Assembly: GCA_041753475.1 (NCBI GenBank)
Contig: JBGSUN010000001.1
Coordinates: forward strand, 46,242-110,241
Direction: 5' to 3'
Length of the DNA stretch: 64,000 bases
Source: Planctomycetaceae bacterium
Lineage (GTDB): Bacteria; Planctomycetota; Planctomycetia; Planctomycetales; Planctomycetaceae
The position numbers and the translations under genes were made by a program. Positions 20,461-30,713 of the stretch are shown piece after piece. The notes beneath the pieces are model-generated. The model worked only from the letters and a program-made list of their open reading frames with translations, was not told the origin of the DNA and did not search any database. Positions within the stretch are counted from its first letter, which is position 1; each line of letters begins with the position of its first letter.

Positions 20461-21195
20461 TCAGTATTGCGAGAACTGCCGAAAGGGGTTCTCGGTGTCC
20501 GCGGGAACCGGGGCCGACTCAACGGCCGTGAACTCGGCTGACGACGGTGGGTCGACCGGCACGATTTTGTCGCTTGGTTCGTCCGCGCGCTCGGGATTGA
20601 GCTCCGGTTCTGTCGGAAGAAAGGGGACCGGGGTCGATTTGGACGCGGGCTTACTTTCCCGCCGAAACAGGCCGAACAGCGACCCTGTCCGCTGCGGCCG
20701 CGCTTCAATCCGCGGCGCCCCGGACTCGGCCCGGCCGCGTTGGATGGCGGGCTCAGGCCCCTCTTCCGCGGAATTCGCCGCCAACGCGGCTTTCATTTCC
20801 GCCAACGGGATGTTGGTTGTCTCCACCTCGGGCGACGGATCCGGGCGGCGTTCGGCTGCCGGCGGGGTGGCCCCTAATTCCGGCTGATGCACGGTGGAGG
20901 TCCGATAATCGATGACGAACGTGGCCGGACCGATCACCAACTGGGAACCGGCTGGGGCATACGTCAGTTGATTGGGGAGCAACCGCTTGCCATCAAGATA
21001 GGTGCCGTTGGAGCTGCACAGGTCCTCGACGTAGACACCCAAGCCGTTGATCGCGATCCGGCAGTGCCGACGGCTCACCTGGGTCGAGGCGATCTTCAGG
21101 TTACAGTCCAGACTCCGACCGATCACCGTATCGGCAAGTAAGCGAACTTGTTGCACGTTCGCCTGTTTCTGCACAACTCGCAGCAGGACTTGCAT
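20461..21195 (-). CDS. FHA-domain protein with a Pro-rich disordered tail
   Basis: VIGRSLDCNLKIASTQVSRRHCRI...VEDLCSSNGTYLDGKRL is an FHA signature. The preferred start is ATG 21195 (MQVLLRVV); the track ORF extends to 21336. Confidence 0.75.
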   Translation of the reverse strand: MQVLLRVVQKQANVQQVRLLADTVIGRSLDCNLKIASTQVSRRHCRIAINGLGVYVEDLCSSNGTYLDGKRLLPNQLTYAPAGSQLVIGPATFVIDYRTSTVHQPELGATPPAAERRPDPSPEVETTNIPLAEMKAALAANSAEEGPEPAIQRGRAESGAPRIEARPQRTGSLFGLFRRESKPASKSTPVPFLPTEPELNPERADEPSDKIVPVDPPSSAEFTAVESAPVPADTENPFRQFSQY

Positions 21196-21296
21196 CGAGC
21201 GGTCCGGGGGTGGACGGGAAATCAACTCCTGAAAATCGTCACTTGACCTAATCTTAACTCTCGGCGGGCTGCGCACACAATCTTCACCCGGCGGCA

Positions 21297-21343
21297 GAAA
21301 AACGAAAAAACGCCTCTTGCTGAAAGAATTCAGCAAGAGGCGT
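21297..21343 (-). terminator. Rho-independent terminator of clpX
   Basis: A perfect inverted repeat ACGCCTCTTGCTGAA-agaa-TTCAGCAAGAGGCGT is followed, on the minus strand, by TTTTTTCGTTTTTC. It begins 36 nt after the clpX stop. Confidence 0.8.
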
Positions 21344-21378
21344 GAAGTGGAGGCAGGACCGAAGCGAACCGTTGGCGA

Positions 21379-22680
21379 TCACGCCGCCGCAGAATCGGTG
21401 GACGGCAGCAACCGCTGCTGTCCGCGGATGACTTCCGGGGTGAGCACGTACTTCTTGCCGGGTTCGAGGTCGGGCAGTTCAAACATCACTTCGAACATCG
21501 ATTCTTCCACCACCGACCGCAACCCGCGGGCGCCGGTGTCCTTCTCGATGGCGATCTTCGCGATCTCCCGCAACGCTCCCTCGGTAAATTCGAGCGTAGC
21601 GTTTTCCATCTGGAAGAACTTCTGGTACTGCTTCATCAGCGAGTTCTTCGGCTCGGTGATGATCTTGACCAGATCCGCTTCCGACAACGGCGCCAGCGAA
21701 CTGACGATCGGCAACCGACCGACGAGTTCGGGAATCATCCCGTACTCGATCACGTCGTCAGTGCAGGCGTGCTGCAGCAGCGACCCGGTCCGCAGCTTCG
21801 AAGTATCGACCGTCACCGTGGAGCTGTTGGCACTCGTCCCGAAGCCGATTGTCCGCTTGCCCATCCGGCGAGCGATGATGTCTTCGAGGCCGACGAACGT
21901 TCCGCCGCAGATAAAGAGGATGTTCGTCGTGTCGATCTGAATGTACTGCTGCTCGGGATGCTTGCGGCCCCCTTGCGGCGGAACATTGGCGACCGTCCCT
22001 TCGAGCATCTTCAGCAACGCTTGCTGAACACCTTCGCCGGAAACATCGCGGGTGATCGACACGTTCTGGCTCGTCTTGCCGATCTTGTCGATCTCGTCGA
22101 TGAAGACGATGCCCCGCTGCGCGGCTTCGATATCGAAGTCGGCGGCGTGGAGCAGTTTCAGCAGCAGGTTTTCGACGTCTTCGCCGACGTAACCCGCTTC
22201 GGTGAGGGTCGTTGCGTCACCAATGGCGAACGGCACCTGCAGCAGCCGGGCCATCGTCTTGGCGAGCAACGTCTTGCCGGAGCCCGTGGGGCCGATCAGC
22301 AGGATGTTCGACTTTTCAATTTCAATTTCGTTGTCGGCATCGGCCGTGGCCATCAACCGCTTGTAGTGGTTGTGGACCGCGACCGCGAGCACCTTTTTCG
22401 TGCGCTCCTGGCCGATGACGTACTCATCGAGATACTTGACGATCTCCCGCGGGCTGGGCACACGGTTGAAGAGCTTCGCCGGGGTTCCCCGCCGACGTTT
22501 CTCTTGGTCCAGGATCGACTGGCACAACTCGATGCATTCGCCGCAGATGTAGACCTCTTCCGGGCCTTCGACCAAAGGGCCGACCTCCCGGTAGCTCTTG
22601 CGACAGAATGAGCAGTTGGCGTTTTTCTTGCCGGTAGGACCACGTTTGCTGGTAGACATAAAATCGCGACCGGAGGGCAT
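21379..22680 (-). CDS. clpX: ATP-dependent Clp protease ATP-binding subunit ClpX
   Basis: Zinc finger CSFCRKS...CGECIELC, Walker [22 protein letters not shown] and GARGLRSV. The start may be the internal MSTSKRG (22659). Confidence 0.95.
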   Translation of the reverse strand: MPSGRDFMSTSKRGPTGKKNANCSFCRKSYREVGPLVEGPEEVYICGECIELCQSILDQEKRRRGTPAKLFNRVPSPREIVKYLDEYVIGQERTKKVLAVAVHNHYKRLMATADADNEIEIEKSNILLIGPTGSGKTLLAKTMARLLQVPFAIGDATTLTEAGYVGEDVENLLLKLLHAADFDIEAAQRGIVFIDEIDKIGKTSQNVSITRDVSGEGVQQALLKMLEGTVANVPPQGGRKHPEQQYIQIDTTNILFICGGTFVGLEDIIARRMGKRTIGFGTSANSSTVTVDTSKLRTGSLLQHACTDDVIEYGMIPELVGRLPIVSSLAPLSEADLVKIITEPKNSLMKQYQKFFQMENATLEFTEGALREIAKIAIEKDTGARGLRSVVEESMFEVMFELPDLEPGKKYVLTPEVIRGQQRLLPSTDSAAA

Positions 22681-22732
22681 CAGTTTTCCTTCAGCGCAGC
22701 CGTGTGTGGAGGTGCGGGAAAGTCTCAGGGTG

Positions 22733-23170
22733 TCAGGTCAGGGTGTTTCCCGGGCTTGCATCACCGTCGGATGCCGGTGACTCTGCCGCAAACGTCTCTG
22801 TCTTACCGCTGCCTCCATGAAGCGGACTGGTCACGGCTGGCGTGGGAACCACCGGGGTTACCCCCCGTTGATGACCGGCAGTTCTTGCTGATTTCGGCGT
22901 ACCGACATTCGCCACAACTGCTTTCGCTAACCGCGATTTAATCAATCGGAACTCCTCATCGGTGAGGCCATCTTCGCGGCGCATTTCTTCCAGCTCGGAG
23001 AGCAAATGAACCGGATTCTCGTCACGCGCCTCATCGTCGCGAAACCATGCCTTGATCCGCAAAGTCACCCAGATGAGTACGATCACACCGACCGACATTC
23101 CCAGAAATTCGAGCGCGCCGGGCGCAGCAGGCCCGAGCACATCCTTCAAAACATTCCATTTCGATCCCAT
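22733..23170 (-). CDS. Small membrane protein with a SHOCT-like segment
   Basis: One TM segment ([13 protein letters not shown]) followed by [17 protein letters not shown] 23170 is preceded by GGAG. Confidence 0.5.
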   Translation of the reverse strand: MGSKWNVLKDVLGPAAPGALEFLGMSVGVIVLIWVTLRIKAWFRDDEARDENPVHLLSELEEMRREDGLTDEEFRLIKSRLAKAVVANVGTPKSARTAGHQRGVTPVVPTPAVTSPLHGGSGKTETFAAESPASDGDASPGNTLT

Positions 23171-23655
23171 CACCACTCTCCGCTGATGCTGCCCGCATCC
23201 CCCATCCCATGGATTATCAGGGCGTTGCGTCAGATCGGCAAGCGGCTTGGGGATCACATGCCTTCGGAATACGCACTCCGCGCGCCAAACCGCGTGAGAA
23301 TTTCATAACACGGTTCGCCGTCGTGCCGCGGCAAAAACCGCTGCACGGGCCCTGCCCCAGCGGCAATTTCCGCCGAATCCGCGTGATGCGGGATCCGCGC
23401 ACGGCTCCGCACGGTTCTTGATCTGGTAGATCCTACTTTTTCCAGATTGTAGAGGTTACATCTCCTCCTCTGTGCACAAGACCGGTCGCGGTTGCCAAAT
23501 CGGGGAGGGAGTCCCGGCACTTTTCCCTCCCCGCAGACTCACCGACCAGAACCCGCGTAAATTTCGCGTGGTGGTCGGTGATTCCCGCGGGGAGTAGAAT
23601 CGGGCATCGCCCACCCGTGGTGCTTCACCGCCCATCGCCTCGGAGAACTGTGCCC

Positions 23656-24138
23656 ATGGATTTTAACGAACGCCTGCAGCGCGCTGTCGAGCGCGGACAG
23701 TCGCGCCGGGATGCCGAACTGCAAGCACAGTCCCAAGCCCGGATGACAGAAGAGCAGTTCCGCGCACTCCATTCCCAATCGCGGCTGGAACTCTCGGACC
23801 ACATTGACGCCGGGCTGCACAAACTCGCCGACACGTTTCCGGGCTTCGAGTTTCAAACGGTCGCGACTCCCGACGGCTTCGGAGCGAAAATCGCCCGGGA
23901 CGACCTGCGGTCCCGTGGCGGCAAACCGCTCGGCCATGAATACAGTCACCTCGAACTCATCATCCGCAGTTATTCCCCCCGGCACCTGCTCGAAATCGGT
24001 TGCCGCGGGGCGATTGCCAATAAAGAAGTCTTGCAGCGTACGCACTATCAGGTGCTCGACCGCCTCGACATCGACACGTTGCGCGAGCAGATCGACCACT
24101 GGATTCTGGAATACGCCGAGAAGTTTGCCGCCGCCTAA
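23656..24138 (+). CDS. Hypothetical protein
   Basis: The coding-looking frame begins at MDFNERLQRAVERG, and GGAGA lies 9 nt upstream. No family was recognised. A 186-aa ORF of equal length lies antisense to it. Confidence 0.5.
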   Translation: MDFNERLQRAVERGQSRRDAELQAQSQARMTEEQFRALHSQSRLELSDHIDAGLHKLADTFPGFEFQTVATPDGFGAKIARDDLRSRGGKPLGHEYSHLELIIRSYSPRHLLEIGCRGAIANKEVLQRTHYQVLDRLDIDTLREQIDHWILEYAEKFAAA

Positions 24139-24198
24139 AAGCCTAGGGATTCTGCTCCCTGGGACGCCTTTTCCTCATCCTCTTCGATAAGAATCTCT

Positions 24199-24843
24199 AT
24201 GAGCCGACATGAAGATTTGCAGCGCGTGCTGAACACCGGCATGGTCGCCATCATCCGCGCGAATTCCGGTGAACAACTCGTTTCCGTGGCGCGGGCGCTG
24301 TATGAGGGGGGCATCGACGTTATTGAGGTAACGTTCACCGTTCCCAATGCGGTCGATGTGCTCGCCGCTGTGCGGAAAGACCTCGGGAAAAAGATCCTGC
24401 TGGGAGCGGGAACGGTGCTTGATCCCGAAACCGCCCGGACGGCACTTCTTGCCGGTGCGGAGTTTCTGGTCTCGCCGGTGGTCAATCTCGACGTCATCAA
24501 GCTGGCCACGCGGTACGACAAACTGATCATGCCGGGAGCTTACACACCCACGGAGATCCTGACCGCCTGGGAAGCCGGGGCGGACGTCATTAAGGTTTTT
24601 CCGGCGGACATCGGCGGGCCTCCGTATCTGAAGGCCATTCAAGGTCCCCTGCCGCAAGTCCGCTTGATGCCCACCGGCGGCGTGAATTTGAACACTTTGG
24701 AAGCGTTCATCAAAGCCGGCGCGTGTGCCGTGGGACTGGGCAGTTCGCTGGTCGAAAAAGACGCCGTCGAACGGGGCGACATGCAGCGTATCCGCGATCT
24801 GGCTCAGCAATACGTTGCGTTGCTGAAGAAAATCCGCGGGTGA
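24199..24843 (+). CDS. eda: KDPG / 4-hydroxy-2-oxoglutarate aldolase
   Basis: VAIIRANS...GGIDVIEVTFTVPNA...LLGAGTVLD...AGAEFLVSP...PGAYTPTEI...GADVIKVFPA, collinear with Eda. Confidence 0.9.
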   Translation: MSRHEDLQRVLNTGMVAIIRANSGEQLVSVARALYEGGIDVIEVTFTVPNAVDVLAAVRKDLGKKILLGAGTVLDPETARTALLAGAEFLVSPVVNLDVIKLATRYDKLIMPGAYTPTEILTAWEAGADVIKVFPADIGGPPYLKAIQGPLPQVRLMPTGGVNLNTLEAFIKAGACAVGLGSSLVEKDAVERGDMQRIRDLAQQYVALLKKIRG

Positions 24844-24961
24844 GGCTTTGTTCGCCGTCCATGACGGGGGGATTGGCAGCATTCATGACATCGTTTTCCT
24901 CGGTTATTGACGGGGTGCTCAGACGTTCGTGGCAGAGCGCGTTCACCGAGGAGCGACGGCC

Positions 24962-26389
24962 ATGCTGATCTCCCTTCTGCTCACGCTGGCGATGGCTCCC
25001 GATCCGACGGAAGCCTGGTCGGAGACACTCGGCCGCAATGACGAAGCGATCGGCATCCGCGGTGCCGACACTCTCATCGTTCCCAACGAGATCACGCCGA
25101 GCCGGACCGTCCCCGCCGGGCGTCTTGACGGTCCGCGGGCGTTTGTCATCTGGCCGGAAGGGGCGGTCACCACCACGCAATTAACGCTCCTGGATTTGAC
25201 GACCCATCAGTTGGTCTGGCGGCAGGAATTGTCGCCCCGTACCGAAACTTTGCTGTTTCCTCCGGGCGGGATCATTGCCGTTGAAACCTTGCATGAAGCG
25301 GAGTCCAAGCTGAAACTCCGCTGGTTTGATCGTGCCGACGGAACTCCCGGTCGAGAATTGCTGTTGGGCAATTCGAACCACTGCCGGCTGCTCGGCGGTC
25401 GCTGGCTGCTGTTCCAATCCGGCGAACTTCGCGATGCCACAACCGGCGACCTGAAAGCCACGATGACGGATCCCCGGTACGGATCCGGACTCGTGGTGAA
25501 GCAAACGCTGATCGATATTGTCCCCCAAAACGCCGGGGGCGTCCTGCAAATGTGGCTGCGACAGTTTGATCTCGTGTCGGGCCAACGCGTTGCCAATTTT
25601 CCCCTGAAACTCAGAGACGCATTCCCCCTCGGCTCGATCCTTGCGGCCGATGAGCATCACGCCGTCGTGCTGTATGCCCATTCCTTTGCGCCGGAACGGA
25701 TGCTGGTCAGTCTCAATCTTGCCGACGGAACCGTGAACTGGGAGACACCGATTCCGTCGTTTGCTCCCCTCCGATTGATCGCCTGTCCTGCCGGAGTGGT
25801 CACCAGTCGCGATCGGCAAGCGGTGCTGGCCGAGGCCACGGGGCTCGATATCAACTGGAATGATGGAACGGTGGTGCTGCACACCGAAAGACGGTCGCCG
25901 CGATCGTTTTTTGATTGGTATGTCGATCATCGCTCGGAGTTGCTGGAACTGCGTCTGGCGAAGCAAGGCTTGCTGGGATGGTTTACCATTCCCGGTGAGG
26001 AGACCGCCGTGCTCCGCATCGATCCGCGGTCGGGAGAGCAAGTGTGGTCCACCGCGATTCCGTCGAATCGATCCGGGGCCACGTGGATGAAGGAACTGAG
26101 CGAAACGCCGGAATTCGCCGTCTTTCTGCATCCAGCCGAAATTCATGTCGTTGACGCCCAAACGGGCGTGCTCCAGACGATCACGCCCGAGACGCTCGGG
26201 CTGCCACATGAAGACAGCCGTCCACCTGTGTCGTCGTGGGAGCCGACAGCCACGCCTGTGGCGTCGACTCCGACACCGGTGAACACCACGCTCTCGGCCC
26301 TGCGGCGCGGCTTTTTGCTGCTGACCGGTGCCGCCGTGCTGTTGCTGGGGTCTGTGCAACTTTTCCTGAAACTGCATCGACAAGAATGA
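24962..26389 (+). CDS. Exported beta-propeller-like (PQQ/BamB-like) protein with a C-terminal TM anchor
   Basis: Signal-like MLISLLLTLAMA, recurrent ...G..vW... strand motifs (QLVWRQE, GTVNWET, GEQVWST) and a terminal hydrophobic helix LLLTGAAVLLLGSV. Confidence 0.5.
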   Translation: MLISLLLTLAMAPDPTEAWSETLGRNDEAIGIRGADTLIVPNEITPSRTVPAGRLDGPRAFVIWPEGAVTTTQLTLLDLTTHQLVWRQELSPRTETLLFPPGGIIAVETLHEAESKLKLRWFDRADGTPGRELLLGNSNHCRLLGGRWLLFQSGELRDATTGDLKATMTDPRYGSGLVVKQTLIDIVPQNAGGVLQMWLRQFDLVSGQRVANFPLKLRDAFPLGSILAADEHHAVVLYAHSFAPERMLVSLNLADGTVNWETPIPSFAPLRLIACPAGVVTSRDRQAVLAEATGLDINWNDGTVVLHTERRSPRSFFDWYVDHRSELLELRLAKQGLLGWFTIPGEETAVLRIDPRSGEQVWSTAIPSNRSGATWMKELSETPEFAVFLHPAEIHVVDAQTGVLQTITPETLGLPHEDSRPPVSSWEPTATPVASTPTPVNTTLSALRRGFLLLTGAAVLLLGSVQLFLKLHRQE

Positions 26390-26417
26390 CGCCGCCGGCC
26401 CGTGTGTCTGCACAGAA

Positions 26418-29282
26418 ATGAGGATGTGGATGATCGATCGAGGCCTGTTCGGGATCGCGCTTGGGTGCAGCCTTCTCTGCGTTCACGGAACGGTAGGTGC
26501 CGACGAACCTGCACTCACGGCGGCGTTCGAAAAGTCGGTGCAGCCGTTCCTGAAATCGTATTGCTTGTCGTGTCACGGCTTGGAAAAGCAGGAAGCCAAG
26601 CTCGATTTGAGCGGTGCGACCTCGGTTGCCGCGGTGGTGCAGCAGCATCAAATCTGGAATGAGGTGCTGACCCGGTTGACGGCCAAAGACATGCCGCCGG
26701 AAACCTCGACGAAGCAGCCGACCGAACAGGAACGCAGCGCCATCATCGCGTGGATTAAAGCCCTGCAACAACACGAGGCAGAACGAAACGCCGGAGACCC
26801 CGGACCCGTGCTGGCACGGCGACTCAGTCACGCCGAGTACAACAATGCGATCCGTGATCTGACGGGCTTTGATCTGCGACCAACGCAGGAATTCCCCGTG
26901 GACCCCGCCAATGAAGCCGGGTTCGACAACTCCGGGGAGTCCCTCACGATGTCCCCGGCGCTGCTGAAAAAGTATCTCGCCGCCGCCCGGCGCGTGGCGG
27001 AGCACCTGGCGTTTCAACCCGACGGATTGAGTTTCGCGCCGCATCCGATGATTTCGGAAACCGATCGCGACAAGTTCTGCGTGCAGCGGATCGTGGCCTT
27101 CTATGAGCGTCATCGGGTCGACCTGGCGGACTACTTCGAAGCGGCAGCGCATTTTCGTCAGCACCAGGGCAAGCCCGGAGTGACGTTGGAAACCGTCGCC
27201 ACCGCAAGGCAGTTGAGTCCGAAGTATCTGACAACCATCTGGACGGCCCTCAACACCGCCGAAGCACTCGACCCGCTGGCTGAACTCCAAGCCGAATGGC
27301 AGACGATCTTGGTCGAGCCGGAACCGACCGCCGTGCGTCAGCGCTGTGAGAAACTGCGTGATCTGGTTCTCCGACGCCGTCAAAAACTAGTGGTACCGGT
27401 CGAAAAACTCCACATGAAAGGCAATTCCGACGGCAGCCAACCGCTGGTGCTGTGGTGGAATCGTGAACAAGCAGCCCAGCGGATGCGGTCTGCCGCCAAG
27501 AGTGACAGTCCGGAGTTGGATGCCGCGCGAAATCGCTTTTGCAGGGTCTTTCCGGATGCCTTTGCCGTGTCGAGCCGGGGACATTATGCCGACGCCAAAC
27601 TCGGGGCCCAGGTCCGCTTGTTGACCGCCGGCTTTCATCTCATGCAAGGGTATTTCCGCGACGATGCCCCGCTGTGCGAACTCGTGTTAAGCGACACGCA
27701 GCGGCAGGAAATCGACCGGTTGTGGCAGGAGTTGAACTTCATCACGTTGGCCCCGCACCGGCAATACAAAGACTTCCTCTTCTTTGAACGGGCCGAACCG
27801 CCGCGGTTTGCCGGGGGCCCGGAGTTCGATTTCGCGCGGCCGGAAGACAAATCGGTCACCACGGCGGCGATGCTCAACCGCATGAAAGACGCCTACCTGG
27901 CGAAGTCCAAACGGATGGGAGCCAGCGACGCGATTCTGGGAGCGGTGGAAACCTACTTCGATCAGATGCTCGCCGACACGCGCTGGATCGAACAAAGACA
28001 GGTCGCCGCGGGGCCGATCCATCTCGATGCCGTGCTCGCCTTGGCCGAGCGGGCTTATCGTCGACCGCTGAGTGACGACGAACGGCAGGATCTCCGCGCG
28101 TTCTATCACCAGGCCCGCGATCAGGAACGGCTCAGCCATGAGGATGCGATTCGGGATACACTGGCCACCATCCTCCTGTCGCCGCACTTCTGCTATCGGT
28201 TTGATCAAGCCGCGGAAGGAACCGCCGCGCGGCCGTTGACGGACTACGAACTGGCCAGTCGGCTGAGCTTTTTCCTCTGGTCGAGTTTACCGGATGCGGA
28301 GTTATTGAAGCTCGCTGCCGCCGAGCAACTGCACGAACCCAGCGTGTTGGCGGCACAAGCTCACCGGATGCTGCGTGACGCGCGGGTGCGGGGACTGGCC
28401 AGCGAATTTCTCGGGAACTGGCTGGGGTTCCGGCGGTTCGAGGACCACACCGGTGTGGATCGTGATCGCTTCGCCACGTTTACCAACGAACTCCGCGACG
28501 CCATGGCCGAGGAACCACAGCGGTTCTTCATCGATCTGGTGCAGCGCGATGGTTCCATGTTCGATTTGTTGGAGGCGCACCACACGTTCGTCAATCCGGT
28601 CCTGGCCAGGCACTATGGGATGACGATCCCCGCCACACGGAGCGAGGAATGGGTTCGGGTGGACAACGCCGCGCACTACGGCCGCGGCGGCATTCTGCCG
28701 ATGGCCGTCTTTCTGACGAAGAACTCGCCAGGGCTGCGCACGAGTCCGGTGCAGCGCGGGTATTGGGTGGTGCGGCGGGTCCTCGGGGAACACATTCCGC
28801 CCCCGCCGCCGACGGTGCCCGAACTTCCGAAAGATGAAGCCGAACTCGGTGAGCTGACTTTGCCGCAACTCCTGGCCCGGCATCGCGACCATGTGGCCTG
28901 TGCAGCGTGCCATCAACGCTTTGATTCCATCGGCCTCGTCTTTGAGGGTTACGGCCCGATTGGCGAGCAACGGAAGCACGATCTCGGCGGCAAACCGGTC
29001 CATGTGCAAGCCGTCTTTCCCGATGGGACCGAACGATCCGGTCTCAATGGCCTGCGGCGTTATCTCACGGAAGTCCGCCGGGACGAGTACGTCGAGACTC
29101 TTTGTCGCAAGCTGCTGACTTTCGCCTTGGGACGAAGTCTGCTGCTGTCGGACAACGCCACCATCGAGCTCATGCAGACGAATCTTCGCCGCGACGAGAA
29201 CCGCATTGGCAGCCTTGTGGAAACCATCGTCACCAGCCCGCAATTCTTGAAGAAGCGCGGACGTGATGATCCACGCCCATAA
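26418..29282 (+). CDS. Planctomycete-type cytochrome-c-motif protein with DUF1587/DUF1592/DUF1595/DUF1588/DUF1585 domains
   Basis: Heme-binding-type motif CLSCHG, RRLSHAEYNNAIRDLTG (DUF1587), GILPMAVFLTKNS...TSPVQRGYWV...PPPPPTVPEL (DUF1588) and CAACHQRFDSIGLVFEGYGPIG (DUF1585). Confidence 0.85.
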   Translation: MRMWMIDRGLFGIALGCSLLCVHGTVGADEPALTAAFEKSVQPFLKSYCLSCHGLEKQEAKLDLSGATSVAAVVQQHQIWNEVLTRLTAKDMPPETSTKQPTEQERSAIIAWIKALQQHEAERNAGDPGPVLARRLSHAEYNNAIRDLTGFDLRPTQEFPVDPANEAGFDNSGESLTMSPALLKKYLAAARRVAEHLAFQPDGLSFAPHPMISETDRDKFCVQRIVAFYERHRVDLADYFEAAAHFRQHQGKPGVTLETVATARQLSPKYLTTIWTALNTAEALDPLAELQAEWQTILVEPEPTAVRQRCEKLRDLVLRRRQKLVVPVEKLHMKGNSDGSQPLVLWWNREQAAQRMRSAAKSDSPELDAARNRFCRVFPDAFAVSSRGHYADAKLGAQVRLLTAGFHLMQGYFRDDAPLCELVLSDTQRQEIDRLWQELNFITLAPHRQYKDFLFFERAEPPRFAGGPEFDFARPEDKSVTTAAMLNRMKDAYLAKSKRMGASDAILGAVETYFDQMLADTRWIEQRQVAAGPIHLDAVLALAERAYRRPLSDDERQDLRAFYHQARDQERLSHEDAIRDTLATILLSPHFCYRFDQAAEGTAARPLTDYELASRLSFFLWSSLPDAELLKLAAAEQLHEPSVLAAQAHRMLRDARVRGLASEFLGNWLGFRRFEDHTGVDRDRFATFTNELRDAMAEEPQRFFIDLVQRDGSMFDLLEAHHTFVNPVLARHYGMTIPATRSEEWVRVDNAAHYGRGGILPMAVFLTKNSPGLRTSPVQRGYWVVRRVLGEHIPPPPPTVPELPKDEAELGELTLPQLLARHRDHVACAACHQRFDSIGLVFEGYGPIGEQRKHDLGGKPVHVQAVFPDGTERSGLNGLRRYLTEVRRDEYVETLCRKLLTFALGRSLLLSDNATIELMQTNLRRDENRIGSLVETIVTSPQFLKKRGRDDPRP

Positions 29283-29378
29283 GCCAAAGACCCGGAATCC
29301 GTGGTTCCGGTCCGTGTCATCGGGCATTACAATCAGCCCGCCAGTTCACCGATCCTGTTTCTCTGCGAGGCCCGTTTC

Positions 29379-30713
29379 ATGAGCAATCGCCGTACTCGGA
29401 TTTCTCGACGGACGCTTTTGCAGGGGGTTGGTGTTGCGATGGCGCTGCCGTGGCTAGAATCACTGCCGGTGTGGGGTGAAGCCACGCCGACGAACGATGC
29501 CGTCGCGCCGAAATTCCCGCAACGATTTGCCGCGTTGTTCATGGGCAACGGCATCAATTCCCAGCACTGGTGGGCCAACGGGGCCGGTGCCGAGATGGAA
29601 CTGAGCCGCAGTCTGGCACCGCTGGAACCGGTCAAGACAAAGCTCAACGTCATTCAGGGGCTGTTCAACAAACAGGCGACCGGCGTGGGCATTCACCCCG
29701 GACAAACCGGCAACATTCTCTCCGGAGCGGCCCTGCAAAAAGGGGCGGTGCTCCGCGGCGGCGTGAGCATCGATCAAGTCCTGGGCCAGCACTGGAGTGA
29801 AGACACCGCCGTGCCAAGCCTTGTGCTGGGTTGCGAGCAACCGATCACGGGGTATCACGAGACGAATTTTTCGATGGCCTACAGTTCCCACATTTCGTGG
29901 CTCGATGCGAATTCGCCGGTGCCGATGGAAGTTTATCCGTCACTGGCTTTCGACAGTCTGTTTGACAACCAGGGAAGCCAGCGGGCCACCAGCATTCTGG
30001 ACCGCGTGAAAGACCATGCCGAACATGTGAAGCGGCAAGTCAGCCGCGCCGATCAGGCCAAGCTCAACGAATACTTTGCCAGCGTCCGTGATGTGGAACG
30101 GCAGATTTCCCGGACCCGCACCGACAAAGACAAAGCGGAAGCTCGGGCCGAAAACCGGGGCCGATCGCTGGCCAGCATGCCTCGGCCCGATAACGGCCTG
30201 CCGGAAGACCTGCGCGATCACATGCGGTTAATGACCGACATCATTGCCATGGCCTTTCAGACGGACAAAACCCGCGTGGCCACCTTGCTGCTGTGCCGTG
30301 ATCTGTCGGGGCTGATCTATCCCTTTCTTGATGTCCGCACGGCCCATCACCCGGCCTCGCATGATGACGAATCGGAGGCGTACGAACGGATTTCGCGGTA
30401 CCACGTCAGCCAGTTGGCGTACCTGGCCCAACGCCTCGATGCCATGCCCGAAGGGGACCGTACGGTTCTCGACAATTCCTGCCTGATGTTCCTCTCGAAC
30501 ATGTGGTCGGGCAGCCGGCATGATTCCAGCAAAGTCCCGCTGCTGCTTGTCGGCGGATTGGGAAGCACGCTGCCCACGGGTCGAACACTCGATTTCACCG
30601 GCCAAGAGGACGGCGACCGGAAACTGTGCAGTCTGTATCTGTCCCTCGCCGAGCGGATGAATCTGAAGCTGAAACAATTCGGGGACGCCGACGCCCCCTT
30701 GAGCGGACTGTAA
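29379..30713 (+). CDS. DUF1552-family protein with a twin-arginine signal
   Basis: MSNRRTRISRRTLLQGVGVAMALPWLESL is the typical DUF1552 N-terminus. It lies immediately downstream of the DUF1592-family gene. Confidence 0.85.
   Translation: MSNRRTRISRRTLLQGVGVAMALPWLESLPVWGEATPTNDAVAPKFPQRFAALFMGNGINSQHWWANGAGAEMELSRSLAPLEPVKTKLNVIQGLFNKQATGVGIHPGQTGNILSGAALQKGAVLRGGVSIDQVLGQHWSEDTAVPSLVLGCEQPITGYHETNFSMAYSSHISWLDANSPVPMEVYPSLAFDSLFDNQGSQRATSILDRVKDHAEHVKRQVSRADQAKLNEYFASVRDVERQISRTRTDKDKAEARAENRGRSLASMPRPDNGLPEDLRDHMRLMTDIIAMAFQTDKTRVATLLLCRDLSGLIYPFLDVRTAHHPASHDDESEAYERISRYHVSQLAYLAQRLDAMPEGDRTVLDNSCLMFLSNMWSGSRHDSSKVPLLLVGGLGSTLPTGRTLDFTGQEDGDRKLCSLYLSLAERMNLKLKQFGDADAPLSGL

Noticed and set aside
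25181-29327. Very long minus-strand ORFs (25181-26413, 410 aa; 26181-27383, 400 aa; 28302-29327, 341 aa) antisense to the beta-propeller and DUF1592-family genes
   Set aside because: - Their products are Arg/Gly/Pro/His-rich with no recognisable motifs.
- The plus-strand frames carry clear family signatures and signal peptides.
- These are typical shadow ORFs of high-GC DNA, where stop codons are rare on the antisense strand.
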